Shown: positions 1-13,550, counted from the stretch's first letter. The stretch: DNA of 64,000 nt from Trichosphaerium sp. ATCC 40318 (GCA_038496445.1 JALMLS010000316.1:62001-126000); one strand, 5' to 3'. Notes: generated by a model not told the origin, from the sequence alone. Numbers and translations: made by a program.

Positions 1-1890
1 TTGCCACTGGTTTCAATAACACAGCTTTGAGAACCTCTAAATAATTACTTAGTAAAAAACAGTGCTAATAACTGTAAAAAAAATTGGAGTCATTTTGTGA
101 GGTCATCACGTGATTTAGGTTGTTTTCAAATAATCTTACGGTTTTGAAACTTGTCCAGGCGGACAGTCCATACAAGTTAAACTTCCTAATTGCCCAGCGT
201 AGGTTCCTATTTGGCAAAATAAATCAAACAAAAGACAAAAAAAAACTTTGTTATTTCAAAAGCAGGTACCTGCAGGACAAATATGACAAGTGTTGTCATT
301 GGGTAACGCATGATATCCATAATCACATTTTCTACAGTTAAATACAAGGCCCATATGTTCGAAACCACCAGTAGAAGGACAAACACCTGAAAAGTTAAAA
401 ACATATAATCTTCAAATAGGTTTTTCCTCTGTTCTTTATACGTACTTGTAACATTCTCTGGTATTGTTTGATTCTTATACATGGACAAAATGTGTTGATA
501 TGATAAATCATCTCTGGTCCAGTGGACATATATAAGCGAATGAGGTTCTGTTTTGGATAGAGGTTCCTTTGAGTCCATAAGGTGAAGCAAAAAGAAAAAA
601 AAGTGAAGTCATATCAAAAAAAGTGTAAGAGTCTACCTTTAAAATGAATTTGTTTCGCTCTAAGAATAGACTAGCATCACGTTGGTATATCGTCATAAAT
701 GCGGACTTAGAAACATAGATTGTGCAACCACGGACAATGAACAAAAAGAATACTTGTTGACCTAAACTTTGTTTTTTCTTAGTTCTTGTTTCATCCCACG
801 AGAATGGAGCAAGTGTAGCAGTAGTTGATGTCATCGACCCATCGTTAGCTTTATTATCTACTTGCTTATTTGGGTTCTTGTATATCAAAGTATTATTAAT
901 CACAGACGAAATAGTAGATTCATAAAGCCCTAGTTTAGCAACTAAAGGAAAACGTCATTTAAAAAAAAAAAGAAAAAAAAAGAAGGTACCTTCAACTTGA
1001 AGTGGTGCTTCTACTGTACAGTTTGCTATTTCCAATGATGCTTTAATACCAGATCTTACGTATCCTTGAGATTCGAAGCCAATATGAGAGTCGTAGATTG
1101 AAAGAGAACCATAAGCACCACGAAAGGCAAAATCGAGAGAAGTCAGTGTAACATTTCTCAATGTAATCATCACAGACAGGAACTCTTCAAACCCTTTTTT
1201 ACGAAACACACCTCCTCCAAGGCCAGTAGAAACGCCTAACATTGGATATTTAAATAACAGGCTGTGGCATCGTTAGACAGTACCATCGTATATCACCATA
1301 GGCTCTGTCTTCGAAGAAATGAAGTGCTTCGTTAGTGTTAGTTGGTAAAAATGGAAAAGACGATATAAAAACTGTACTCCACAAAACCCCAGTAATCACG
1401 TGATTGTTACGTACCATATTAATCACAGGTCTTCTTACTTGAGAAGTCTTCCAGTAGACAGCTTTAAAAGTCAAACTGAGGAAGTGATCCCAATAAACTG
1501 ACACAAGGTGTTTAGGTTCGAATACAACATTCCCTTTGACACGTTTAACAACCCGTTATATCCCAATGGATATTCGCACCCCCAACGCATACAACGTAAT
1601 CAACCTCTGTATCATTCTTTGTGGCCTGTTCGATACTGAAATATGGATACTCGCGCGTGCCAAGGTCCTAAAATGAGTTACAAAACAAGTTGAAATGGGT
1701 TTTTATCTTTTTCTTCTAGTTGTAACTTACAGCATCGTGCCCATGCTCATCTATGTATACATCACACCCTTTACAATAAAAATTAGAATAAAACTGTAAA
1801 TCGACAATTATTCGTACCGTAAGCATCCATAGAAGAAACAAGAGGAGCAAAAATGGATAAATAGAAAAGTGTTAAAGGTATCAAAGCCAT
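1..1890 (-). CDS. Multi-exon secreted/surface protein with Cys-rich CxxCPxG (GCC2/GCC3, ephrin-receptor-like) repeats; runs off the left edge
   Basis: Signal-like N-terminus MALIPLTLFYLSIFAPLVSS at 1890. Spliced reading near 150-390 gives FNCRKCDYGYHALPNDNTCHICPA|GTYAGQLGSLTCMDCPPGQVSK. Confidence 0.6.
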
Positions 1891-2300
1891 TGCAGATGAG
1901 TTTAAATGAAATTTCTGTGATTAAGCGAAAGCATCGCTAATACGACTTTTCGGAACACGTGATCAAAAGCTATATCTAAAGCAAATGCTGTGGGTGCGTT
2001 TGGGGATACTATGTCCTGGTACAATCCGGATTTTCAAAGGGCAAATGTACTGGTTGTTCCGCGAATAAACCTACATTATCAACTACCTTAGCGCTTTTTA
2101 TGACAAGTACTAGGTTGACAAAAAACTGTCGCAGTTATAAATGCATACTAGAAGGTATATTTACGCACTCATTTAACCAAAATCGTACTGGTGCGCGTGT
2201 CATTGGTGACCTATACACGTGAAAGTCTTAGCTGGTTTTTTTTTTCACAGTACTTTATTTGACTAGTTGTGCTTGCTATTGTAGGGCTGTAAATACAACA

Positions 2301-3539
2301 ATGGCTTGCTCTGATTTTCTCTGCTGGTAATATAGTTCATACATCGTTTTTAGTGCGTTTGCCATGCTAATATTAAAAATACAGGAGAGGTAAATTATAC
2401 TTGCCACTCCGAGTAGTAAAGTATGTTATCATGGCTATTAACTTATGCTTCTTTGTTCTTGGTTTCATTCTCATCGGTACCGGGGTACGTAAGATAACGT
2501 AGAAGACTTCAGTTGTAGTTACACAACACGAGATTTTCCATATCAACCCAGAACTTTCCGTTTCGTTTTTCACTCAAATACAATTGCTTGATTTCTTCCA
2601 CGTGCGTTTTATAACGTTTACATAGGCTTACGCATACTCCTACGGTGAACTTGGCGCTTTCGTTACAATACCTTCACTTGCGCTCGGTATTATCATTATA
2701 GGCGCCGTCATGGTTTCGCTATCGTTTTTAGGATGCTGCAGGTACAAAATCACGTGATTTTGAAAAAACTTTCTCTAATAAGATTTTGTTCCATTTAGTT
2801 CATACGTTCAAAGTAGACTGTTGTTGAGTACGTAGTTTTTTTTTTAAAGATCACGTGATATGTTTCTGTTTACGTATTTTTTTCAACAGCTGTGTTCTTT
2901 GTTATGATCATTGTTGTCTTGATCGCTCAAATATCATGTGCCATTGCAGCTACAGCGTTCGTACGTTATTCTTCAAACATACTGCATTTTCAAAAAAAAA
3001 CCTTTCTTGTATATCTACTAACACCAGCTGTTTAGTCCGGTCAAGTTGAAGTACGTTACATTTCATCGCATTATTTAGGAACATGTGGCTCATATGCCAT
3101 GTCTAGGGATGGGTTCGTGATGGCTATTCATCAATAGATAACAAAACTAAAGATTATTTGCTCAAAGAATTTCATTGTTGTGGTTTCCAATCTCCTTCAG
3201 ATGACAGTAAGCCCATATCATAGTAGCATCTATGTATTAAACTAAGTGAATGTAGTGGCTTTCTGTGGAAATCAAACTGAAGCGTCAAACTATCCAGGAT
3301 GCTATGATGTATTAACAGATTTCATAAAGGGCAAGCTAAAAGCACTCGAAGTTGCTGCTGGTGTTCTTGGATTTCTAGAAGTGATATGCTTGATTCTTTC
3401 TTGCGTTTTATGCACTAGGATGCCTAGTAGGAATGATGCTAGGTGGGAGGAAAGAAAGCTGTTATGGAATAAGCGTATGGAAGGAACATCTAATGATTTT
3501 GATTCGAACTCAAATTCTATACGAGACAATAACTTGTGA
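2301..3539 (+). CDS. Tetraspanin
   Basis: Four hydrophobic segments (VKYVIMAINLCFFVLGFILIGTG; GIIIIGAVMVSLSFLGCC; VMIIVVLIAQISCAIAA; AAGVLGFLEVICLILSCVLC), a large-loop EFHCCGF motif and PGCY. Multiple GT-AG introns. Confidence 0.9.
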
Positions 3540-4323
3540 GAAACAAAATTGTCTTCAAAAAACATAAGTACAAGAACTTGCCAATAAATAAATTTGTTTC
3601 TGATACAGGGCTCAGCTAGTTCCACGAGAACTTTCGCATGGACAGTCAGTTTACTTGTTACTTTCACGTTACTGAAGCTAACTATAAGTGTAACTGTTAA
3701 ATGGCGTTTGATAAGGACTAGTTTGTTACTAACTTTGGTGAGTTGCAATTCAATCAACGACAGATTACAACTTGTGCAAGACATCGATCCAATAAATGGA
3801 TATCTGGCTGCATCGGGTTGGTTCATTGGGAGCATTGAATGCTACAATGAGCGACTATCTTGGCTGCTTCCCAGTTGCTAAGTTATACGACAACGCAAAG
3901 TTCAGCAAACGTAACAAGGATTAGCTTTCGAACCAACGGTTTGAACTTAAGAAAAAACAATAAGTTACCTGAACCTTACACTAAAAATACATTTTACAAT
4001 GGCATAGTAATAAGTAATTATAAAAGCATCCTACTAGCTGGACCTTCATAGCTTCCAGTTATACGTGCAACAACATCCATAACGAAAGTACGTTTACAAC
4101 GTTTCTTTACGCAAACCGCATTAAGAGTAGTCACAGAGACAGAAAAAATTGCTTAACTCGTACATCACGTGATTTTGGTAGCTAAATATCAAGAAATTTC
4201 GAATCAAGCTAAACACGTGATCTAGGTTCTCAATGAGTTCGCTCAAAGCATGATGTCAATATTTATTGAACAAAAGTGGCTTGACTGTTAAAATCACTAA
4301 GTATATAAAATGGGTGAGGATAT

Positions 4324-6579
4324 TTAAATTGTTACTTTGCCAGCTGGTACAAATCCTTCTGGTAGGAAAGCCTTGTCTACACGGTACAACTTCTCGGCAA
4401 TACCAAAGTATCCCAAATACTCGCATTCATCAGGGGTAGTATCATAGTGATAATGACCTAGGTGGGAACAAACAGTTAAGCGTATTAAAAAAAAAGAGAA
4501 AAAACAATCTAAAATTTGAACGAAAAGAACAGTACAGTGGCTTTGCGGTATATAGAACGACAAAAATGTTTTTCTAGAGCTCTAAATGGGCGTCTAAATA
4601 GGGACACTCTTTCATAAATTTACTGTAAAGAAAGATTTGAGGAAAAAAGTTTCCAGAAGCAAACTTCAGTTTTATTTGTAACTGACTACTAATATTACCT
4701 GCGTGGTTATTCTCAGCGCTTGTGAAAAAGTGAGTATGCTCTACACGTAGTTCTAACCCCATATTTTGCGTAACCTACATGCGAAAAACAATAAGAATAT
4801 GTACAAGCAACAACAAAACAGCACCTGAACGCTTAGACAAGTTGCAGGAGCTGGTACTTCATACCAATTGAGCCAATCATCGACGATTTCTTGACTAACC
4901 AAGTCTTGCTATTATTTAACGTTAAACAAGTAAAATAGGAAGCTATGTACGTACTTGAGGAAAGCAAGGCATAACGTGCGCTTTTAATTTCCCTTGCAAT
5001 AATTGAAATACGCTGAAAGAAAAAATAAGACGTTCTTGACATTGTATGCAATAGTCTCCTACCCTCCAAGTGCTACTGGATTATCGCCGTATTTCTTGAT
5101 GAGACCTTGTCTCATACATGTAATAAGAGATTTCGTCTTTCCTGTACGGACCTTGACATGTACTTTGATTACCTTGTTTATTGTTAGTTCCCTCAGCGTA
5201 CATTTACAATAACCGGTATACCTTTCCTGCACAACCTTTACTGCCAAATAAATTTGCCATTGCAGAAACATCATTACCTTAAGCTCTGTTAATTAACAAG
5301 AAAGCAACAGTAGCTTGTACTTGGATACATGCGCTGTAAAACAAGTAAGCAACGTGCTGTAACTTAATAAAAGCAACGCACCTGAACACACGAGCCATCT
5401 TCAGCGACTTCAGCAGAGCGAGTTTTTATTTGTTTTGTTCCAATATTGGTATTAGGTGCTAACTCCCTACATGCACGTTATATGTGACAGCAAAAAGGAT
5501 AGTGGACATGCCGGGCTTCGATCCCAGTACCTGTCGCATGCGAAGCGACCGTGATACCAATTACACCACACGCCCATTTTAATTAATTACCTTTTGAAAG
5601 CTGTGGCGGTTTTAAAACAAATTTAAATTTCGCTTCCCACTGGCTACCAAGCCCACTACACAACTTTAAATGTATTGCACCCAGTTTTTCTTCACAAACC
5701 CGTTAGCTACGTATAGTGTAAATGCTTATAAAACCCCACCAGCTTTAAAGGAAAATAATTAAAATGGGCGTGTGGTGTAATTGGTATCACGGTCGCTTCG
5801 CATGCGACAGGTACCACACGCCACAAAATAATGACGACTTGAGTACTAGAGGGAAGAAACAAAAGTTCAAGGGAGTACGGGGTACCAACAGCGTAGAATT
5901 TAGTGGCATTCCAAAAAAAAAATGAAAAATTGATTGTTATTTCGTACCCATTGTCGCCAATTATCTTTGGTGAAGCAGCTCCAGCACCAATGAAAAATCC
6001 GCCTTCACACGTGTCAGAACGCTATTACAAATTGGTTATAGAGCGCACCTGGCATGCCCACACGCCTAGGCATAAGTAAGCGAAGGGAAAAAGATTATTA
6101 TTCGATCAAATAGTAATGGCGTTTTTTATCGAAACTTGGCGTTTTTGTTTTGTCTGACGCTCGGTACAGCAATTCCACTTAAAAAAATACGTACTTGGCG
6201 AGTTCTTCAATATCCCATTGTTTTAATCTTAAATTAGTGAACACAACAACCAGGCAATATCATATTGCGTACGGTACGTGGTTAATAGGGTAGTCCATGT
6301 TTTTGACACCGCCAACGTCCAAAATACAATTGTCGCCGCAGATACCCTTTGCAGCCAAATCCCATGGTGGGGAACTAAGATCTGGGCAATCTACAATTGC
6401 TACTTCTACCTTGTAAACTGTTAATTATCCAAACATGAATTTAAGGTTATTACCTCCTTGTAGTTCGCTTTCAAAGCGGTTTGTAAAGTTTCTACCACTT
6501 CTTCCATTGGTGGCATATGTAGCTCCTTAACAATCATGTTACGCACCAATTTCGAACCGAGAGGTCGTTTGGTTGCCAT
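4324..6579 (-). CDS. C11orf54: Ester hydrolase C11orf54 / DUF1907 (PTD012) homologue
   Basis: Exons give VDCPDLSSPPWDLAAKGICG, GFFIGAGAASP, ANLFGSKG..KVIKVHVKVRTG..ITCMRQGL, LRVEHTHFF and GHYHYDTTPDECEYLGYF..AEKLYRVD, matching the family motifs. Confidence 0.92.
5503..5575 (-). tRNA. tRNA-Ala(CGC), intact, inside intron 5467-5947 of the C11orf54 gene
   Basis: GGGCGTG...CATGTCC-A acceptor with the G3:U70 Ala identity pair; anticodon arm GTCGC-TTCGCAT-GCGAC; T arm CTGGG-ATCGAAG-CCCGG; T5 terminator shortly downstream. Confidence 0.95.
5766..5814 (+). pseudogene. tRNA-Ala 5' fragment (nt 1-49), inverted relative to the intact gene
   Basis: Identical to tRNA nt 1-49 with ~35-40 bp of related upstream flank. 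No T arm or 3' acceptor strand. Confidence 0.9.
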
Positions 6580-6823
6580 AGTTGGTTATTAGATAGAGTA
6601 TGACCAAGCAAGATTTTTTGGTCCAAAACTGAGCTCGTGGTATGCATTATATACGGCATACTAACTGCTTGTTCTCTAAGAATAAGGTCCAAAAAACTTT
6701 GCAACTGCTGTGAACAACATCATTCTCTCGGGAGACTTAGTTATCAGCCGCTACAGGGTGCACAAGCAAAATTGGTTAAACTTAACACGTGGAAAATGAG
6801 CTTAATACGTTCAGCATAATTAG

Positions 6824-7700
6824 ATGATCTTATCACGTATTCCACACAAATTACGTGCTCACATAGCGGCTGGATCTCGTTCTAAACGTCCAGTTTGCAA
6901 AAACGGACAAACACATCATGTAGTTACCAGATCGCGTCAAAACGTTATGCAACCCTCACAATACGCCAATTATCACCGCAGCACGTTCTTAGCTCACTCA
7001 CCAAAACCCAAAGTCCCTTTAACAGACGAAAATTCGTATGATTATGTTTGAAACGTATTGTTTAACCGTACTAGAGCCATGGTACATTTCTTGCTAAAAG
7101 ATGGAACAAAACAATCTGTACGAGGCCTTTACGGTACCCACGTACTAGATTTAGCACACCAGAATGATATTGAACTCGAAGGAGCGTGCGAAGGTAAAAA
7201 ACGATCATTTGTGTTCTCTACCATACCACCTACGCGCTGGTAATTACCTAGTACTAATATGACATAGCTTCTCTTGCTTGTTCAACATGCCACGTTATTG
7301 TCAAAAAAGATTACTTTGATAAACTACCAGAGGCAGTAGAAGAGGTATAAAACGCTTCAATGCCACAACAAAAAATTCAGAGCAATTTTTCCGCTTTTCT
7401 CAAAAGACAACCTTTTTTTTCTTTGTTTATTGTTCATTTTCTACTCTCTCCTGTTCCTCACCTTGTATTCAGGAAGATGATATGCTTGACTTGGCATTTG
7501 GTTTAACAGAAACGTATGTATTATTTTACTGCAAACTAAGATATCTCTTCTTTGGGCTTGTGCTTATTACTTTGTTTTTTTTTAGTTCCAGACTTGGATG
7601 TCAAATAATTTTAACGAAAGAGCTAGATGGGATTGAACTAACACTACCTCAAGCCACACGTAACTTTGCAGTTGATGGATATGTACCAAAACCTCATTAA
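6824..7700 (+). CDS. FDX2: Mitochondrial 2Fe-2S ferredoxin (adrenodoxin/Yah1/FDX2 type)
   Basis: Arg/Ser-rich presequence; [58 protein letters not shown]. Confidence 0.95.
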
Positions 7701-8102
7701 ACACTTAGATAACAATCAATGAGAAAAAAACCCGAAAACCTAAATGACAAAAAAGATATAAACCTACGGCCAAAACAGCTAGTTAAACACGTGCCTAATT
7801 TGTAATAAACAAACTATCTGCTTACACCAAATATCTCATTTAGTACTATTTGGTTTACGGGAACGGGTAGAGGGGTAGGGGACAACAAGTACGTGCAACT
7901 TGTGGCTGTATAGTTGCGGCACAGGATGATTCATAACTTCAAGACAACACGGCTGGCTACTGTTAAGAACAACATGGGGTACTTACTTGAGGTTTCTCGT
8001 ACGCAGCATTCCACAATGCATATTCGATAGAACCCGACTTCAAACTGAGCAATGAAGCGCGAGAAAAAGCGTCACAGCTTTCAAAAGATAAATAATTAAA
8101 AT

Positions 8103-8150
8103 GGGCGTGTGGTGTAATTGGTATCACGGTCGCTTCGCATGCAACAGGTA
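8103..8150 (+). pseudogene. tRNA-Ala 5' fragment (nt 1-48)
   Basis: GGGCGTGTGGTGTAATTGGTATCACGGTCGCTTCGCATGCAACAGGTA, preceded by the shared flank cacagctttcaaaagataaataattaaaat. Confidence 0.9.
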
Positions 8151-8810
8151 TAATTTGGAAAAAAACTGGCAAAATACTGGTTTCTCTTTATCTTGTTCGT
8201 AGATTCAGGGGAGATCCACGTGCAAACAATCGGTATGTATAACTGGAAGTGCTTTATCCGTTACTTACGAAAAAGATCTGAGCTGGCCACTCTTCAAAAC
8301 TATTATAGCAATTGTAAGACGTGCAATGAGGACAATAAATAATGTCAGGAAGAATAGGTTGCTTTGTATTGCTTTGTGTTGTTCCATGCTCTTATTGTTG
8401 CAGAAAATAGAATAGAAGTTAAAATTGATTCATGCACATCAATTCACTTATTTGACCACATGTAAAATTTTCAAGAAAGTTCCAGAAACATGCGTAGTAG
8501 ACTATCGGTACAGTGGACTCTAAATGATTGTAATTGGGCGCCAGTTGCACAAGGAACTTAAGCACATCGTTAATATGGTTACAGATTGGGATGCCACTTA
8601 ATAAGAATGAAAAATGTTTGCTGAAAGAAACTCACGTATTTGGGAGAACGTGCTACTATAAAAATAACTTCGCTAACCCTTTTATACACAATGATACATA
8701 CACTTCAGATTTGTGTAGCACCATTCTTGAATAGCAAGTTCACAAGTGTCAACTATAAGTCAATTCTGTTATTTTTCATTTTTTTTATCATTTCACACGT
8801 GACAACACAA

Positions 8811-10440
8811 ATGCTTCGCGTATCTATCATTGCTATTCTCTGCGTACTTCTTACACTTGTTTTGGCCCGTAACAAGCGTACGTTAGCGCCTTCTCTTTAT
8901 CTCGTGTGTTGTGTAACACAGAAGTCTAGTCGCTTTGCCAGAGTGTAAATTCGTACCTTGTGATAACAACAACCAATGTGGAAGCTTCGCTGGTAACTGT
9001 ACAAAGTGTAACTCAACAGGATTTTGCGACTACGGTACCTGATCTTTTACCTATTGTTTTTCAACTATTAACACTAAACTCAGGTGGCGGTTGTGGCAAA
9101 ACATGTAGTGCGTCTTTTTTGTATTTTACAGAAAAATTCGTGGTTCCTATTTTTTGTCTGAGTCTGTTTTAACGCTAAATTCAGAGGTAACAAGCGATTG
9201 TAATCAAGCTGAAGACTGTAAATTCTGCAAAGACGGCGTATGTACATCTTCTGGTTCCTGCGGTGCTTACTGCTCTCAACAAAGCGACTGCGTACAAGCA
9301 GCTGGTACGAAAAGCATTTTATTAGTGTTTTAAGAAATTGGCATGCTCTCCCAATGTCGTTTTGTGATTTTTTCTGTTTGTAACCAATTGTCATCTTTAA
9401 ATTTCTGTTTATCCCGTTATGAACGATTTTAACAACTTATTTAGACTGTGGCTTTTGTATTAACAATATGTGCGTCTCTCAATGCGCCAGTCCATGTGCC
9501 GAAGGTTCGTAACCTCTTTCTAAACTTTTTCGCACGTGATAGCTTCATTAACTCTTTTATTCTTTTCTTTAAGACTCTAACTGTAACTACGCTGGGTACG
9601 TTCGCTTAGAATATTTTAAAACAAAAGCAGAAGTCACTTACGGCTCTTTAGGTCTACTTGTCCTTTCTGCGAAAACTTCATTTGTCAAAAAGGCGGTTGC
9701 GGATCAAAATGTGGTTCAGAGAGCGATTGCGCACGTTATGGTGGCGATTGTAAGTTATGTACAAACTACCCTGAATTGGGTTACGCCATGTGCACATCTG
9801 GATGTAACATGAAGTGCTCAGAAGACTCAGAATGCGCTGGATTCAGCACTAACTGCGGTAAGCCTAACTAAACTTAAACGAAAGACGCTTACTCTGATAT
9901 CTAAGGTACCTGTAACACAACCACCCACTTGTGCGAAAGCGGTACTTGTGGTACCAAATGTAACAGTAACAACGGATGGTACAATCTTGTTTGTTTTTGT
10001 ATTTCGTTTTTGTATGGTTTTCTTTTGATTTATTAACTCTTGTCCTCCAGTGAAAATTCGCCAAAGGATTCTTGCTCAAGATGTTACCAAGGTGAATGTA
10101 CTAAAGGATTAGAGTGCTTCAGCAAGTGCACAGGTATTTTACAAAGTCACATTCATCAAGAACTTTATTAACGAAACAATAGTTAACTCTGACTGTGACC
10201 AAACTGGTGACTGTGTTGTATGCAGTTCACGTGGATTCTGTCTCAGTGTTGAAAAAGCTCAACATGTTGACAATCTATCTGAACAAGAAGCTCTGTACGA
10301 TACTTTCTTCTGGAGTTTTATTTTTTTTTTGTCACGTTTTTTTTCACGTGATTTGTTTTTTTGACCATCAGCAAAGGTATACTCATTTATTTTTTAGTTT
10401 GTGGATTGCTGAGCAAACACAAGAAAATGTTCAAGCATAA
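8811..10440 (+). CDS. Secreted cysteine-rich repeat protein (many introns)
   Basis: Signal peptide MLRVSIIAILCVLLTLVLA; repeated CGxxCxxxSDC...CxxC...C units such as GGCGSKCGSESDCARYGGDCKLC and CNMKCSEDSECAG. Confidence 0.8.
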
Positions 10441-10507
10441 GTACAATGAGAATAAAACTAATAAAGACTTTTATTCAAAAAAAAATTGTTTAAAGTTTGT
10501 GGTGTAT

Positions 10508-11478
10508 CTATAAATCGCTTTTCCTTTGAATAGCTGCAATCTCATCGAGAATCTCCTTTTCTTGAGGCGCGATTTTTCTCTGAAGAAAAAGGTTAGTTGG
10601 TGAAATAAGATTAAGAAGAAGAATACTCACAGCATCTTCTAAGTGCTCTAGTGCAGTCTCGTCGTCTTCTTCATGACGAGCAATTATACCCAAACTCCAG
10701 TGAGGTACCCACTCGTCTTTATCAAGAGTAGTCAGAGCGTTAAAGACATCTCTTGCGTTAGCATACTCCTCTAAAAAAACAGTTAAAAAAACTTTCAGTG
10801 CGAGAAAGAGGTTCGTTTTTGATTTGTGCTTTATTTTTGAACTAGCGTACTCAATTCAATATACGTGGCACCCAAATTATAATACGCCCTAAGGTTCGTA
10901 CGGTCACCTTCATAAGCTTTGGCAAAGGAAAGCACGGCAGATTTATAGTCACCGCTCTGCTGTTGCGCAAGTCCCAAATTATACCTACCCAAAAAAGAGT
11001 TTAATCACGTGGGTAAACATCGATTATGGCATCGAGTACTTTTTTACTTATCAGTAAAACTAAACGTACCACATTGGAGGTTCATTCGCCTTTGTTATCG
11101 CTGTTTTATAGTGTTTAATCGCTGTACTGAGCTTTCCTGCTTGGTGGTACCTAAAAGAACCTATTTAGCCAACATACTAACCCATTATGATATCTTACGC
11201 TACTGCGGCATTATAGAGTATGGTGGCGTTCTCTCCCTGTATTTCTAACGCTTGTTCATATAACTTTATTGCCTCCTCTATTTGATCAGCGAAATGCTCT
11301 TCTTGCGCAGCTCTAGGTACTGTAAAGCGAATGCGTAACACGTGTCATCTTTTGTGACGTATTATTCTACGTACAAGAAGTACTCATGTGCTGACTCTTC
11401 AGTGTCTTCTGAGTCCTCAGGGTGTGCGAATACACAAAAAGCCAGAAGTAGCGCCAACAAGAAAAATACAAATTTCAT
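10508..11478 (-). CDS. Signal-peptide TPR protein
   Basis: MKFVFFLLALLLAFCVFA, then TPR helices EEAIKLYEQALEI..LYNAAVAY, WYNLGLAQQQSGDYKSAVLSFAKA and AYYNLGATY. Confidence 0.85.
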
Positions 11479-11734
11479 TTTGAACCAATCTGACTTTTAT
11501 CGTTGCAATACTTAACTTTTTTTCTCAAACGACCAATGGTAAAAACCTGCTAGTGGTAGTAGACAAAATTAGTGAACTTGTGATAGCAACAATATCATCA
11601 TGCTCTATAAACGCACGTACGTCTCAATAGCGGAATACAGTAAGCCTTTTTTTATCGTTTTTTCTTTTGGTTGTTTGGTGAGGTATCTATTTTGTTAGGT
11701 TAAAGTTGACAAGTTTCATTTCGATTGCACATAC

Positions 11735-12090
11735 AAGAGTATCTTCCTTGGACATCCTACTAAAGATTTGAACAGAAGGATTATTGAAGACTACCCATGC
11801 GCTCAAAAAGACTTTTCGCTTATGTTGGTCAATAAGACAACAAAGAGTCTATAATCGCTGAGAATTATACTTATTATCCCCTGTTGTACGTTCTGTTGTA
11901 CTTGTTGGACCTCTATAAGATCCAAAAATAGACGATGGATCTCATTTGATTGTAACTTATTTTTGTTCTATTAGTATATGAAGCGTTGAGTATGATTCGA
12001 GAAGTTTGAAGTTGCAAGAAATTTCTTTGAACATTGTGTTTGCACAGGAGAAGCACTCAAACTCCAGCTGAAGATATTAATAAAACATGT
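11735..12090 (+). pseudogene. Possible degraded F-box(-LRR) gene remnant
   Basis: Fragments LP/DILLKI, LMLVNKTTKSL and ENYTYYPLLYV loosely parallel the N-terminus of the adjacent F-box-LRR protein. Broken by stops and frameshifts. Confidence 0.3.
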
Positions 12091-12251
12091 GATACATTGT
12101 GAGAGTAAACATACGTTTATTGCTTATGCGATATTGCGTCTCTGGTGTTTTGATGGTAACTAGTAGAAAATCTTTTATCTGATAAATCCCAAACCATACT
12201 AGCCTAAAACTGAGCAACTAAAGCAGAAAAACACTGTGCTAAAGAAGTCTT

Positions 12252-13229
12252 TTACTTTAAAATAGTGTTGTAGCCATACTCATCAACCATTACATTCCTA
12301 CAATTTTCTGTAACGTTTTGACAACCCCATAAGTGGATGTTGTGAACACCAGCCATAGCCAAAGCTGTCAATCCTTCATCAGTAATATAAGTTAATGTTA
12401 AATGAATATTATGAACACCTGTCAATGCCGTGATGCCCTTATCTGTTATATCTACACAACATGTTAAATTTATTGTATGAACGCCACTCAATGCTTTCAG
12501 CCCTTCATCTGTGACTTGGGTGTACGCTAAGCGAATGCTATGAACACCAGCCAACGCTTTTATACCTTCATCTGTTATAGCATAACAGTCACTCAAGTTG
12601 ATAGTGTGAACTCCAGCCATAGCCAACGCTTTCAATCCTTCATCTGTCACTTTTGTTCCAGATAAATCAATGTCGTGAACACCAGCCAAAGCCTCCATAC
12701 CTTCAATTGTAAACGAGCAATACTTTAACTTTATCGAGTAAACTCCAGCCAATGCTTTCAGTCCTTCATCTGTTACTTTCGTGAAAGATAAGCCAATGGT
12801 ATGTACTCCTGCTAAAGCCTTCACCCCTTCATTTGTAACATTTGTCTCTGATAGATCAATCACATGAATACCAGCCAATACCTTAACTCCATCATCTGTG
12901 ATTTTCTTACAAGATCTCAAGCTTATATTGCGTGCACCTTTAAGCAAGCTCAAGTGAGCATCCATAGCGAAGCCTTCGAGTATAATAGTCGTATTTTGAA
13001 GCAAAGGGCTACCATTAAGAACTTTTAATTCGTCAGTGTTTGAAACATACATGTGTGGATATCCAACGTGGTTGTGAACGATGTTTCGCATGAAACGACA
13101 TGTTTGAGCTGAACGAAGGGTAAATGTACCGCTCTTCAGAATTTGAACGATTATTTCAACGGGAAGTGCAACAATGTCAAAAGTATGATTATTAGCGCAC
13201 AGTACTGTTGTGTCGTTTCGTTCGTCCAT
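12252..13229 (-). CDS. Intronless F-box + leucine-rich repeat protein (giant-virus-like)
   Basis: F-box-like ALPVEIIVQIL...AQTCRFMRNIV, followed by ~10 repeats of LAGVHTIxLSxTxVTDEGLKA. Confidence 0.88.
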   Translation of the reverse strand: MDERNDTTVLCANNHTFDIVALPVEIIVQILKSGTFTLRSAQTCRFMRNIVHNHVGYPHMYVSNTDELKVLNGSPLLQNTTIILEGFAMDAHLSLLKGARNISLRSCKKITDDGVKVLAGIHVIDLSETNVTNEGVKALAGVHTIGLSFTKVTDEGLKALAGVYSIKLKYCSFTIEGMEALAGVHDIDLSGTKVTDEGLKALAMAGVHTINLSDCYAITDEGIKALAGVHSIRLAYTQVTDEGLKALSGVHTINLTCCVDITDKGITALTGVHNIHLTLTYITDEGLTALAMAGVHNIHLWGCQNVTENCRNVMVDEYGYNTILK

Positions 13230-13501
13230 TTTATCCCAAGAGATGTTGCCTTGGCTACGAAGAGGTAAGCTTTTTGAGTGATACGATTTATGAGTGAAGG
13301 TCGTACATAGTCAAGCAATTGTACACTCGGATAATTTATACGAAAATCAACCACGTGGTTTTTGTTGCATAGCTTACGGTTTGTGAAGAAAACCTTAGTA
13401 CAAGTCATTCTAAGGTGTGTAGTGGGCTTGTTGTCAGTGGGGAGAGAATTTTAAATTCGTTTTAGAAGCGTCACAGCTTTCAAAAGATAAATAATTAAAA
13501 T

Positions 13502-13550
13502 GGGCGTGTGGTGTAATTGGTATCACGGTCGCTTTGCCTGCGACAGGCAC
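13502..13550 (+). pseudogene. tRNA-Ala 5' fragment (nt 1-49, anticodon loop diverged to TTTGCCT) with ~130 bp of upstream homology
   Basis: 13370-13501 aligns to the reverse complement of 5576-5710. The fragment is followed directly by ATTTTTT. Confidence 0.9.

Noticed and set aside
3302-3881. 177-aa and 95-aa ORFs overlapping or following the tetraspanin end
   Set aside because: Non-ATG starts, partly antisense to a real exon, no motifs.
5766-13550. Split, permuted or intron-interrupted tRNA genes (CAG|GTAC looks like a splice donor)
   Set aside because: I found no matching orphan 3' half (CTGGGATCGAAGCCCGGCATGTCCA) in the window. It cannot be excluded elsewhere in the genome.
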